Of a DNA stretch of 64,000 nt, positions 9,184 through 18,235 are shown piece by piece. The notes under the pieces were generated by a model, which saw only the letters and a list, made by a program, of their open reading frames with translations, did not search any database and was not told where the DNA came from. The translations under genes and the position numbers were made by a program. Origin of the DNA: Dehalococcoidia bacterium (GTDB lineage: Bacteria > Chloroflexota > Dehalococcoidia > Lucifugimonadales > GCA-2717565); NCBI GenBank assembly GCA_009692865.1, contig SHYH01000001.1, positions 9,548 through 73,547 of the forward strand, given 5' to 3'. The first letter of the stretch is position 1; each line of letters starts with the position of its first letter.

Positions 9184-10391
9184 CTACCCTCTCTTCAAAA
9201 TGACGCCAGACACGGCTGCTATGCTGAAGTGGAGGCCGATTTCAGCGTTCCGGACCTGGCGGCAGATCTTCCGGTCGTAGGTGTGAATCCCCTCCTGCCA
9301 CTGGGGGCACAGGTCCTCGGCATCGCCCCTTAGCTGCATCACCGTTTCGGTGACGTTGTTGATCCCGTGGGCATACCCTTCGTTCATCAAACCGCCCTGG
9401 GTAAACATGGGCAACTCGCCATCGAAGTCGATGCGCCCACCCTTCATGAAGTCCGGGAACTCCCCCTGCCCGCAGAACCCGAAGTCCTCCGCACTCCGCA
9501 TCGGTGTGTCGGTGAAGTTGTCGTAGGGATTGAAGACATCAATGTCCTTCAGCTCAATGCCTGCCTGTCCCAGGAGGACGCCCGCCAGATAAGCGCCACC
9601 GGTGTCATCGATGTTGTCCTGCCTGGAGCCGGGGCTGCCATGCCGGAAGAGATAAGGACCGGCCGCTTCCTCAGGTCCCGGGCCCGCTCGACCGTGGTGA
9701 CGATGTAGGCGCAGGCCACGTCGGTCTCCTGGCAGCAGTCCAGAAGGTGATAGGGCTCGGAGACGTAACGAGAGTTCTGGTGGTCCTCAAGGGTAATGGG
9801 CGCGCGCATCACGGCCCGAGGGTTGTTGACGGCGTGGCTACGGCTGTTGACGGCCATCCTGCCAAAGTCCTCACTGGTGATGCCGTACCTTGCCATGTAC
9901 CGCCGGGCGGCAAAGCCGAAGCTGTGGGGAGGCCCGCCCAGGCCGTAGGTGACGCTCCACTTCCCGGGTCCGCCCATGCTGGCCGGCGGCGGCGGGCGCC
10001 CCTGGCCACCCATCCGCACTCCGGTCCGACCGTTCATGGCCCGGTAGCAGAGGAAGTACTTGACGTTCCCATGTATGACCGATTCCGCCGCCACGACCGC
10101 CGTGATGGCGGCGTGGCTCCCTCCCCCCTCACCCATAACGGCGTAGTTGACTCTCTGGGCCCCCAGGTTCGCCAGCACCTGGCCGGGCCCTACGCTGTCT
10201 GCCATACCGTAGACAAAGCCCCCATCCAGGTCCTTGGGATCGATGCCGGCGTCCCGGCACGCGTCCACGGCCGCATTCACCGCCAGGGTCATGACGCTCA
10301 CCCCGGAGTTCCTGTTGAAGACGGGCGTCTGCCTCCGGCTGTACCCGACGCCAACGATAGCCGCCTTATCCCGGAAATCAGAATCAGCCAT
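9184..10391 (-). pseudogene. SCP-x/nonspecific lipid-transfer-type thiolase-like protein, frameshifted
   Basis: N-terminal frame MADSDFRDKAAIVGVGYS... (AAGGAGA Shine-Dalgarno) stops at 9549. The C-terminal part ...HGSPGSRQDNIDDTGGAYLAGVLLGQAGIELKDIDVFNPYDNFT...GVILKRG continues in another frame, with the shift between ~9600 and 9680. Confidence 0.7.
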
Positions 10392-10601
10392 GCCTTCTGT
10401 CTCCTTTCTCTTCTTGGGGGCCTTCGCCCCATAGGCAAGGAAGGACAATGGCCTCTTTTATACCAGTCCCAAAAATGGGTGTTAAGCATTCAACTGATGG
10501 GGCCATGGCAACGCAATCGTGCGAGGTTTGAGGGGAAGAACGGCTAGAAACGACCGCAATGGTCAAACACCGGCTGGAGAGGAAGACGAGAAAGCCCCAG
10601 A

Positions 10602-11129
10602 CTAGCCGGCAGGCGTGTCCTCAAGCTCCAAGTGCTTTTCCATGACGAGGATGTCCGTCCACTTGCCATCGATGCGGCCCTGGTTGTGGTAGACCCCCAC
10701 CTCGCGGAAGCCCACCTGTCGGTAGAGGGCCAGGGCGGGCTGGTTGTAGGGGAGAACATTGAGGATTACCTTGTAGATGTTCAGGGCATTGGCCCGCTGC
10801 AGCAGTTCTTCCAGCAGGCGCGCCCCAATGCCCTGGTAGCGCCAGGGACGCGCAACGTAGATGGAGAGCTCCTTCACGCCCCAGTACCCCTTGCGAGAGG
10901 AGAAGGGATGGAGGGACGCCCACCCCACCACCTCCCCACCCGCCTCGGCCACCAGTGTGGGGTCCTGAGAGGTCATCAGAGCAAACTGCTCGGCTTTCTC
11001 CTCCACAGTGTAGGGCTCCAGGTCCAGGGTGGCGATCCTGTCCTCGATGCCCTCGTTGTGGATGCGGGTGATGGCGGGCAGGTCCCCCACCTCCGCCTGT
11101 CGGATGACGGCCCCAGAAGAGTCCGGCAT
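10602..11129 (-). CDS. GNAT-family N-acetyltransferase (phosphinothricin/MSO acetyltransferase-like)
   Basis: IRQAEVGDLPAITRIHNEGIE..., acetyl-CoA site RYQGIGARLLEELL. GGAGG 9 nt upstream of ATG 11129. The upstream part of the track ORF is repeat A4. Confidence 0.8.
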   Translation of the reverse strand: MPDSSGAVIRQAEVGDLPAITRIHNEGIEDRIATLDLEPYTVEEKAEQFALMTSQDPTLVAEAGGEVVGWASLHPFSSRKGYWGVKELSIYVARPWRYQGIGARLLEELLQRANALNIYKVILNVLPYNQPALALYRQVGFREVGVYHNQGRIDGKWTDILVMEKHLELEDTPAG

Positions 11130-11203
11130 GACGGCCGCCTCCTGTCCTCTTGTGTGGATCATGTGTTGTTCCCCCGCCACCCCTTCCCCGCAACCATGGC
11201 CAC

Positions 11204-11350
11204 CAGCAAGGTGCTGAAAAACCCTTTCGACCATCCCCCTGTCCCCCTTCCTGGCCAGGAAGGGGGCGGAGGTTGTATCTGGGGAACACCCCCAGACCCC
11301 TGCCAAAGGGGCTTCGCCCCTCTGGACACCCCTTCTTCAACAGCCTGCTA
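11204..11350 (+). mobile_element. Family-A MITE-like element, copy A4
   Basis: CAGCAAGGTGCTGAAAAACCCTTTCGACCATCCCCC ... CCCCCTTCCTGGCCAGGAAGGGGG ... GGGGCTTCGCCCC ... TTCAACAGCCTGCTA. Ends 10 nt from the argJ stop. Confidence 0.8.
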
Positions 11351-11359
11351 GAGAAGCCC

Positions 11360-12586
11360 TTACGTCGTGTAGGCGCTGTTGATGGTCACGTACTCCTCGG
11401 TGAGATCACAGGACCAGGCGCTGGCCTCGCCGTCCCCCAGACCCAAGCTCAGCCGGAAGACCACCTCCGGTGTGTTCATGGCGGCCACCACCGCCTCCTT
11501 AAAAAAGGGAATGGGGGCGCCACCCTCCATAATACAGATCTGGTTGACAAACAGGGCAACCTTCCGCTCCTCTACCTGAGCGCCGCTTCTCCCTAAGGCC
11601 GCCAGGACCCTGCCCCAGTTGGGGTCGTTCCCGTGGACCGCCGTGCGGACCAGGGCCGAGCCTGCCACCACCCTGGCCGCCAAGCGTGCATCGAGAACAC
11701 TCGCGGCCCCCTCCACCATGACGGTAATGAGCTTGGTTGCGCCCTCCCCGTCTCCGGCCAGCTCCCGCGCCAGGAACACGCACACGTTGTTCAGGGCGAT
11801 CTGGAAGGTGTCGGCGTCGGGAGAATCGGCCGTCAAAGGGGGGTTCCCCGCAACCCCGTTCGCCAGGAGGATCAGAGAGTCGTTGGTGCTGGTGTCGCCG
11901 TCCACCGTGACCTGGTTGAAAGAGAGGTCTACGGACGTCTTGAGGGCTCGTTGGAGGAACTGCGGGTCCACGGCGGCGTCGGTGGCCAAGAGGCAAAGCA
12001 TGGTGGCCATGTTGGGGTGAATCATGCCCGAGCCCTTGCAGACGCCTCCCAGGGTCACCTTCTTGTCCCCCAGGTAAAAGGTCACCGCCACCTCTTTGGG
12101 ATGGGTGTCGGTGGTCATCATGGCGCGCGCCAGGCCATGGCCTCCACCGCTGGAGAGCTGCACCTTCGGCAAGCCGCCCCGGATGAGGGCCATGGGAAGC
12201 TCTACACCGATGATCCCGGTGCTGCAAAAGAGGACCTCTCGGGACGGCAGGCCAAGCTGAATGGCGGCCAGGGCTGTGGTCTCCACGGCATCCTTCATGC
12301 CCTGGTCCCCCACGCAGGCGTTGGCGCAGCCGCTGTTGACCACCACCGCCCTGGCGCTCCCCGAGGCGACCCTCAACTGGCTGAGAACCACCGAGGCAGA
12401 CCTGATGACGTTGGTGGTGAAGACCCCTGCGACGCTAGAGGGGCGCTCGGAGACAAGAACCCCCAGGTCCAGCTTGTTCTGCCCGTAGGTCTTGAGACCG
12501 GCATAGGTGGCTCCTGCCAGGAAGCCGGCCGGGCTGGTGACAGTCCCCTCGGGAACCCACTCGATCGCTTCAATCGCTCCGTTCAT
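11360..12586 (-). CDS. argJ: Bifunctional glutamate N-acetyltransferase/amino-acid acetyltransferase
   Basis: 408 aa, ArgJ/OAT family layout including the autoproteolytic TML/ATML region (NMATMLCLLATDA). Confidence 0.92.
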   Translation of the reverse strand: MNGAIEAIEWVPEGTVTSPAGFLAGATYAGLKTYGQNKLDLGVLVSERPSSVAGVFTTNVIRSASVVLSQLRVASGSARAVVVNSGCANACVGDQGMKDAVETTALAAIQLGLPSREVLFCSTGIIGVELPMALIRGGLPKVQLSSGGGHGLARAMMTTDTHPKEVAVTFYLGDKKVTLGGVCKGSGMIHPNMATMLCLLATDAAVDPQFLQRALKTSVDLSFNQVTVDGDTSTNDSLILLANGVAGNPPLTADSPDADTFQIALNNVCVFLARELAGDGEGATKLITVMVEGAASVLDARLAARVVAGSALVRTAVHGNDPNWGRVLAALGRSGAQVEERKVALFVNQICIMEGGAPIPFFKEAVVAAMNTPEVVFRLSLGLGDGEASAWSCDLTEEYVTINSAYTT

Positions 12587-12703
12587 AGTCGTTGCCCCGT
12601 TGCCAGGTTTGCCTTTAGAAAGTGTAGCATACCCCCAAGGTATCCAAACGAGCGCGCTTCCTCATTGAGCTTTGTCCACAGGACATTGCACCCAACCCAA
12701 TGC

Positions 12704-12856
12704 CTAAGCAGGATGCTGGAAAACCCTTTCGACCATCCCCCTTGCCCCCCTTCCTGGCCAGGAAGGGGGTAGAGATTCTCTCTGGGGGGGGTACCCCCAG
12801 ACCCCCACCAAAAGGGGCTTCGCCCCTCTGGACACCCCTATTTCCGCAGCCTGCCA
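12704..12856 (+). mobile_element. Family-A MITE-like element, copy A5
   Basis: CTAAGCAGGATGCTGGAAAACCCTTTCGACCATCCCCC ... CCCCCCTTCCTGGCCAGGAAGGGGG ... GGGGCTTCGCCCC ... TTTCCGCAGCCTGCCA. Lies between divergent argJ and the CNNM gene. Confidence 0.8.
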
Positions 12857-13166
12857 GACAGCCTTAACACACAAGGAGCCGGCCTCTCCGCAGCCAGCTC
12901 CTTGACCTATCACACCAGTCAAAGCCTTCTTTAGGAGACGCCCTCCCCCTGTTCACGCCGACGCCTTGCGCGCATGGTCATCTCCTACACGTCACTCTGC
13001 TATGGGGACATTCTACACCAAAGGCCCTCGCTGCGCTACCCTCCTACCTTTGTTGGCGCGCAACAGTCGAGATGTGTAGGCGCCATGCCACTCTCCAGAG
13101 GTCTTAGCCATCATCTCACCCATATGCGCACGTGAACAGCCAAACCCTTGGGCGACCGGACCCGTT

Positions 13167-13195
13167 TTGACCCTGTACAATGGGAATGCTAAGAT
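13167..13195 (+). promoter_or_regulatory. Putative sigma-70-type promoter of the CNNM/CorC gene
   Basis: TTGACC, 17 nt spacer, TAAGAT, about 55 nt upstream of ATG 13252. Confidence 0.35.
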
Positions 13196-13251
13196 GAGAA
13201 TCCGAAGGAAAGCTATTCTCCCGCAGGCCAGCGTCGCTTGGTGACGAAATA

Positions 13252-14544
13252 ATGGAAAACATCCCCATGTCGGTGCCACTGGCCCTCCTGGCGGTCTGCC
13301 TGGTGCTCTCTGCCTTTTTCTCGGCCAGCGAGGCGGCGTTCTTATCCATCCAAACGGTCCGCCAAGCCCGCCTCAGGCGGCTGGCCCAAAGCAAGACCCC
13401 CGGGGCCAGCCAAGTCCTGGAGCTGGCCCAGCACCCCGAGCGTCTGCTCTCCACGGTGCTCTTGGGGAACAACCTGGTCAACACCGCCGCCGCGGCCCTG
13501 GGAACCGCTATAGCCATTCAGATGCTGCGCGATCCCGATCTGGGAGTGATTGCGGCCACCATTGTGGTCACCGTTTTGCTCCTCATTTTTGGAGAGTCGG
13601 TGCCCAAGACCATCGCTACTGCCCATCCAGAGCGAGCGGCTTTCCTCCTCTGGCGACCTCTGCTGGCTGCTGAGTGGCTGTTGACCCCCGTGGGCGGCGC
13701 CGTCCACGCCCTGGCGCGGCTGACCCGAAGGCTGGTGCGGGCTCCAAGCCAGGGGGCAACCATCTCCGAGACCGACATCCGGCTCCTGATAGCCTTGGGC
13801 CAGCAGATCGGGTCCGTGGAGCACACCGCGGCCGAGATGCTGGAGAAGGTGTTCCGGTTCGGGAACCGCCAGGTGCGGGAGGTGATGACCCCTCGCACGG
13901 AGGTCCTTTGGGTGGAACAGGGAACCACCCTGGCCGATTTCCTCCACATCTACGCCGAGAGGACCCACACCCGCTTTCCCGTCCACGCAGAGCACACCGA
14001 CAACGTCATCGGCATCCTTACGGTGAAAGACGTGATGCACGCCATGGCCCTGGGAAAGATCGGGCACCAGGAGGACGTCACCACGCTGGTCCGGCCCACC
14101 TACTTCACCCCCGAAACAAAGCTCATCTCCCACCTGCTGCCCGAGCTCCAGAAGGCAGGCCACCAGATGGCCATCGTCATTGACGAGTACGGTGGGACCG
14201 CCGGGCTGGTGACCCTCAAGCACCTGGTGGAGGAGGTGGTGGGACGGGCGGCCGAGGAGGGGGCCCCGTTGGAGGAGGTCCGACCCATGAACCAGCAGAC
14301 CTTCAAGGTGGACGCCGGCATCCGCATTGACGAGGCCAACGAGAGGCTGAGCCTGAACCTCCCCGAGGGGGACTACGAGACCCTGGCGGGCTTCATCCTC
14401 AGCGTCCTGGGCCACATCCCCCACGAAGGCGAGCAGATTGCCCACGACTCCTTCCAGCTAGTGGTGAGCGAAATGGCGGGGGTAAAGATTGAAACGGTCA
14501 CCGTCATCGCCAAGCCCCCAGCCAAAGCTCAGAGCCAGAGGTAG
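13252..14544 (+). CDS. CNNM/HlyC/CorC-family transporter (DUF21 + CBS pair + CorC_HlyC)
   Basis: Four N-terminal TM helices, a CBS pair (VREVMTPRTEV..., IGILTVKDV), and C-terminal transporter-associated domain. Confidence 0.88.
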   Translation: MENIPMSVPLALLAVCLVLSAFFSASEAAFLSIQTVRQARLRRLAQSKTPGASQVLELAQHPERLLSTVLLGNNLVNTAAAALGTAIAIQMLRDPDLGVIAATIVVTVLLLIFGESVPKTIATAHPERAAFLLWRPLLAAEWLLTPVGGAVHALARLTRRLVRAPSQGATISETDIRLLIALGQQIGSVEHTAAEMLEKVFRFGNRQVREVMTPRTEVLWVEQGTTLADFLHIYAERTHTRFPVHAEHTDNVIGILTVKDVMHAMALGKIGHQEDVTTLVRPTYFTPETKLISHLLPELQKAGHQMAIVIDEYGGTAGLVTLKHLVEEVVGRAAEEGAPLEEVRPMNQQTFKVDAGIRIDEANERLSLNLPEGDYETLAGFILSVLGHIPHEGEQIAHDSFQLVVSEMAGVKIETVTVIAKPPAKAQSQR

Positions 14545-14550
14545 CGCACT

Positions 14551-16035
14551 ATGGCATCCCCCCGTAGACCCTCACGCCCCACTGCGCCTCCCGCACCCCA
14601 GGACCCCCAAGACCGCGCCCTAGTGAACGGCGTCGCCCGCAGGGTGGAGCGGGGGCTGCGCGCCGCTGGGCTTGCGCCCGGGGGCAGCCTTATCCTCGCT
14701 GTGTCAGGAGGCCCCGACTCCCTCACCCTGGCCCACGCCCTGTGGCACCTGCGCGAGCCCCTGAACCTCACCCTCTACGGGGCCCACATGGACCACGGCA
14801 TCCGCGGCAAGGAGGGGGCCGAGGACGCCCTTTTCGTGCAGTACACCCTGCGCCAGGCGGGCATCCCTACCTTCGTCCGCAAGGTCCGCCTCCGAGAGGA
14901 CCCCCAGGCCCCGTTGCCCTCGGAGGCCGCGGCGCGCCACGCCCGCTATCGGTTCTTCGCCGAGCTAAGCCAGGAGGTCCACGCCGACGCCGTGGCCCTG
15001 GGCCACACCGCCGACGACCAGGCGGAGACGGTCCTCCTGCACCTGGTGCGGGGAACGGGGATCGCCGGCCTGGCAGGAATGCAGACCCTCAGCACCTTGC
15101 AAGTGGAGGGGCTGCCCGTGCGGCTCTTCCGCCCCCTGCTGGATGTCCCCCGAGAGGAGACCCACCGCTACTGCGAGGTGCTCCAGCTCAACCCTCGCCA
15201 GGACTCCACCAACCTGTCCCTCGTCCCCCTCCGCAACCGCCTTCGCCTTGAGCTGCTGCCGATGCTGGAGGAGTACAACCCCGCCATCAGAGAGGCCCTT
15301 GGGCGTCTCGCCCATGCAGCGACTCGCGAGGTGGCCTTTCTGGACCAAAGGATTCAGGAGGTCTGGCCCCAGGTGGTGCGAGAGGAGGCCGGCAACATCC
15401 TCCTGGACCGCAAGGCCTTCGCCGCCCTGAACCCCGCCGTGCAGAGCCACCTGCTCCGCCTTGCCTACGCCCAGCTCCGCGAGGGCACGCCCCAGGGCCT
15501 GGAGCAGATCCACGTTGAGGAAATGATGGAGCAGATGTCCGGCCCTTCGGGGCGGAGCGCCCACCTGCCAGGAGGAGTCACTTTCTTTGTGGAGTTCGCT
15601 CGGGCCCTGTTGACGAGGGACCCCCGGCCCCCACGGCCGGCACCCTCCGAGGAGGACGCCCACCCGCTGACCGTCCCAGGAACCACGCGCCTGCCAGGGT
15701 GGACGGTGGTGGCCGAGCAGGTGTCGCCTGACACCACCCTTAGCAATCAGGGGGAGCACCAGGCCATCCTGGACATGGACGTGGTGGGGCCGCGCCTATT
15801 TGTGCGGACGCGGCTGCAGGGAGACCGGTTCCAACCCCTGGGAATGGAGGAGGAGAAGCGGCTGCAGGACTTCCTGGTGGACGCCAAGGTCCCCGGCCGC
15901 CTGCGGACACACATTCCCCTTGTGATCGGCGACCGGGGCATCGTGTGGGTGTTGGGCTACCGCATCGCCCACTGGGCACGCCTGACACCCAAGACTCGAA
16001 AAGCCCTGAGGCTGACGTTTCAGCCCGTTCCCTAG
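14551..16035 (+). CDS. tilS: tRNA(Ile)-lysidine synthetase
   Basis: PP-loop motif AVSGGPDS and HTADDQAETVLLHLVRG. 494 aa. Confidence 0.88.
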   Translation: MASPRRPSRPTAPPAPQDPQDRALVNGVARRVERGLRAAGLAPGGSLILAVSGGPDSLTLAHALWHLREPLNLTLYGAHMDHGIRGKEGAEDALFVQYTLRQAGIPTFVRKVRLREDPQAPLPSEAAARHARYRFFAELSQEVHADAVALGHTADDQAETVLLHLVRGTGIAGLAGMQTLSTLQVEGLPVRLFRPLLDVPREETHRYCEVLQLNPRQDSTNLSLVPLRNRLRLELLPMLEEYNPAIREALGRLAHAATREVAFLDQRIQEVWPQVVREEAGNILLDRKAFAALNPAVQSHLLRLAYAQLREGTPQGLEQIHVEEMMEQMSGPSGRSAHLPGGVTFFVEFARALLTRDPRPPRPAPSEEDAHPLTVPGTTRLPGWTVVAEQVSPDTTLSNQGEHQAILDMDVVGPRLFVRTRLQGDRFQPLGMEEEKRLQDFLVDAKVPGRLRTHIPLVIGDRGIVWVLGYRIAHWARLTPKTRKALRLTFQPVP

Positions 16036-16097
16036 CCCCTGGGTTCCCGCCCGCTAGGCCAGAGCGCCAGGGACGCCCTGTGCTTTGACCTGAGCAC

Positions 16098-16490
16098 TCA
16101 CCGGACCACCTGTACCTCTACCCCAACTTGGAGGCCCGCCCAAACCCGATCAGCCGTGAGGGCGGGCAGCCCCAGACGCAAGGCCAAACCAAGACATGCG
16201 CGATCCCCCAACGAAAGGCCCAGCGAGCGACTGTTAGGCCAGAGCCTGGCCACAGCCTCGGCGTCTTCTGCGGAGAACGGCACGATGGTCAGGCCCAGTG
16301 CCTCCAGATCTGCCCGCAGGCCTCCTATGGCTATGCCTCGCGCCACGTGGCGCTGGAGCACCTCGGCCCAGTTGATGCTGGATATGGCCGCTCGGTCTAT
16401 ACGGGGTTCAACAAGGCTGCCTCCGGGCTCCCCGTGAAGAGCCACAAGAAGGGCTGAGGCATCCAGGACGACCTCCGTGACCTCCCTCAT
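16098..16490 (-). CDS. vapC: PIN-domain toxin VapC
   Basis: N-terminal VVLDASALLV acidic residue. 130 aa. 4-nt overlap with the upstream antitoxin gene. Confidence 0.8.
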   Translation of the reverse strand: MREVTEVVLDASALLVALHGEPGGSLVEPRIDRAAISSINWAEVLQRHVARGIAIGGLRADLEALGLTIVPFSAEDAEAVARLWPNSRSLGLSLGDRACLGLALRLGLPALTADRVWAGLQVGVEVQVVR

Positions 16491-16750
16491 GCTTCCTCTT
16501 CCCGGAGGGCTTCAGCACGCCTTTCGGCAAGTAGCTCCTCGACCAGACTCACCCCAGAAGGTATTTTCGCAAAGCGGGCCTTGACGCGCGCCAGGATGTG
16601 CTCCCGCGTTTCCAGGACAAGGCAGCCGTCCTCCACCCGGGCCATGAGCCTATCTCCCGAGCGTAGGCCAAGGGTCTTCCGTAGCGTAGCTGGGATGACC
16701 AGCCGGCCCTGAGGACCTATTCGGACTTCGCCATCACTGGACCGTGCCAT
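16487..16750 (-). CDS. vapB: AbrB/SpoVT/MazE-type antitoxin VapB
   Basis: Swapped-hairpin motif RIGPQGRLVIPATLRKTLGLRSGD. 87 aa. Confidence 0.8.
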   Translation of the reverse strand: MARSSDGEVRIGPQGRLVIPATLRKTLGLRSGDRLMARVEDGCLVLETREHILARVKARFAKIPSGVSLVEELLAERRAEALREEEA

Positions 16751-16895
16751 AACACGCTCATTATGCCACTCTCATGGCTTCTCTGCCACAATATCGGTTT
16801 TCTTGGCACAGGGCACCTTGCCCAAAAGTCCAGGAGAGGAAGAGTTCAGAGGTGGGGGGCACGCCCTGCCCGCTCACCCTGATCCAGTCGAAGGG

Positions 16896-17249
16896 TCACT
16901 CCACCAGTTGCCGCACGACGTCCAGGGTGGGAAAGATGGCAAGGATGCGCCCAGGCCGTGCACCCACACTGAGCAGCTGATGGCGCACCCCCTGCGGCAC
17001 AAGCACGATGTCTCCTGGCCGAACCACCCGCTCCTCGTCGCCCACCCTGGCGCGAAACTCCCCCTCCAAAATCACGACGGTCTCTTCATGGGTGGGGTGC
17101 ACATGGGCCGGGATCCCCTGCTGGGGCTCCACCGTGTTCTCGTTCACCGTGAGGCCCTGGGCCCCCACCGCGGACCCCACCAGACTCCGAATGGTGACCC
17201 CGGGGAAAGGTTGGCTTATCGGGGCGTTGTCACGGGAAATAAAGGGCAT
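16896..17249 (-). CDS. Cupin-domain protein
   Basis: Cupin motif AHVHPTHEETVVILEGE. I chose ATG 17249 (AGGAGG 7 nt upstream) over the track GTG at 17255. Confidence 0.75.
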   Translation of the reverse strand: MPFISRDNAPISQPFPGVTIRSLVGSAVGAQGLTVNENTVEPQQGIPAHVHPTHEETVVILEGEFRARVGDEERVVRPGDIVLVPQGVRHQLLSVGARPGRILAIFPTLDVVRQLVE

Positions 17250-17262
17250 CAGCACACCTCCT

Positions 17263-17982
17263 TCAGACCTTGACTCCCTGGTGAATGCCGACCGTGCCCA
17301 TGCCCACCAGGGTGTAGCTCACCTTCGTGAACCCCGCACGCTGCATCATCGCCGCCAGCTCCTCGGCAGGCGGAAACCCCTCAACCGAGCGGGGGAGGTA
17401 GGTGTAGGCCTCACGATCGCCCGCCAGGAGAAGGCCAAACAGGGGCACCACCCGGTGAAAGTAGAACCGAAAGAGACGGGGCAGGACGCCGCAAGGCGCC
17501 ACCGGCGTGGTCTCCAGAAGGCACGCCCTGCCCCCGGGCGCCAGCACCCGGTGTATCTCCTGGAGCATCCGCTCCCGGGAGGCCACGTTTCGCAGGCTGA
17601 AGCCGGTGGTAACACACGCAAAGACGGCATCGGGAAAGGGCAAGGCGAGGGCATCGCCCAGCAGGAAGGCCACCGGCGCACCTCTGGGCTGGGTCTTTCC
17701 TCTTCGGAAGGCTATGGACAGCATGGGGGGCGCGAAGTCCACGCCCACTACTCGCCGCACCCCTGGCTGCCGAGCCAGCCTGAAGGCGATGTCCCCGGTG
17801 CCGGTGGCAACGTCCAGGGCGTCTCCCGCCACCCCCTGGGCCGCCAAGCGAGCGGTGCGAGATTTCCACCGGTAGTGCATCCGCCCAGTCATGACGGAGT
17901 TCAGCAGGTCGTAGCGCCCCGCGATGCGGGAGAAGAGCCGCCGCACGTACTGGGCCTTGGCTTCGCCGGTGAGCTGGGTCAT
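17263..17982 (-). CDS. menG: Demethylmenaquinone/ubiquinone C-methyltransferase (UbiE/MenG family)
   Basis: YDLLNSVMTGRMHYRWK and SAM motif LDVATGTGD. Start trimmed to MTQLTGEAK (17982). Confidence 0.85.
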   Translation of the reverse strand: MTQLTGEAKAQYVRRLFSRIAGRYDLLNSVMTGRMHYRWKSRTARLAAQGVAGDALDVATGTGDIAFRLARQPGVRRVVGVDFAPPMLSIAFRRGKTQPRGAPVAFLLGDALALPFPDAVFACVTTGFSLRNVASRERMLQEIHRVLAPGGRACLLETTPVAPCGVLPRLFRFYFHRVVPLFGLLLAGDREAYTYLPRSVEGFPPAEELAAMMQRAGFTKVSYTLVGMGTVGIHQGVKV

Positions 17983-18235
17983 GGGGCTAGCTTTCGTGAA
18001 GAAGGCTTTTCCCCTTATGGGGAGGGGTGGCACTTTGAGATGGGCAATAGCTGCCAACCACGCATAGCGATTCCAACTAGGTGCGTCGTCATCACAAAGC
18101 CACATCTCTTTTGCAGGACACCGCGCCATGTATGCAGAGGTCCAGGCCAGATACGAAGTACCCTTCCTGCAAGGCGCTCCCCGCGAGCGCGGATCTGCGC
18201 AGCGCTTACCAGGAGGAAACCTGCAGCACGCCCTG

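Noticed and set aside
16098-16750. Toxin-antitoxin pairs (VapBC here; Phd/RelE at 36184..36729) as markers of a defence island
   Set aside because: Both are ordinary solitary type II modules flanked by housekeeping genes (tilS, uvrA). No other defence genes, nucleases or helicases are adjacent.
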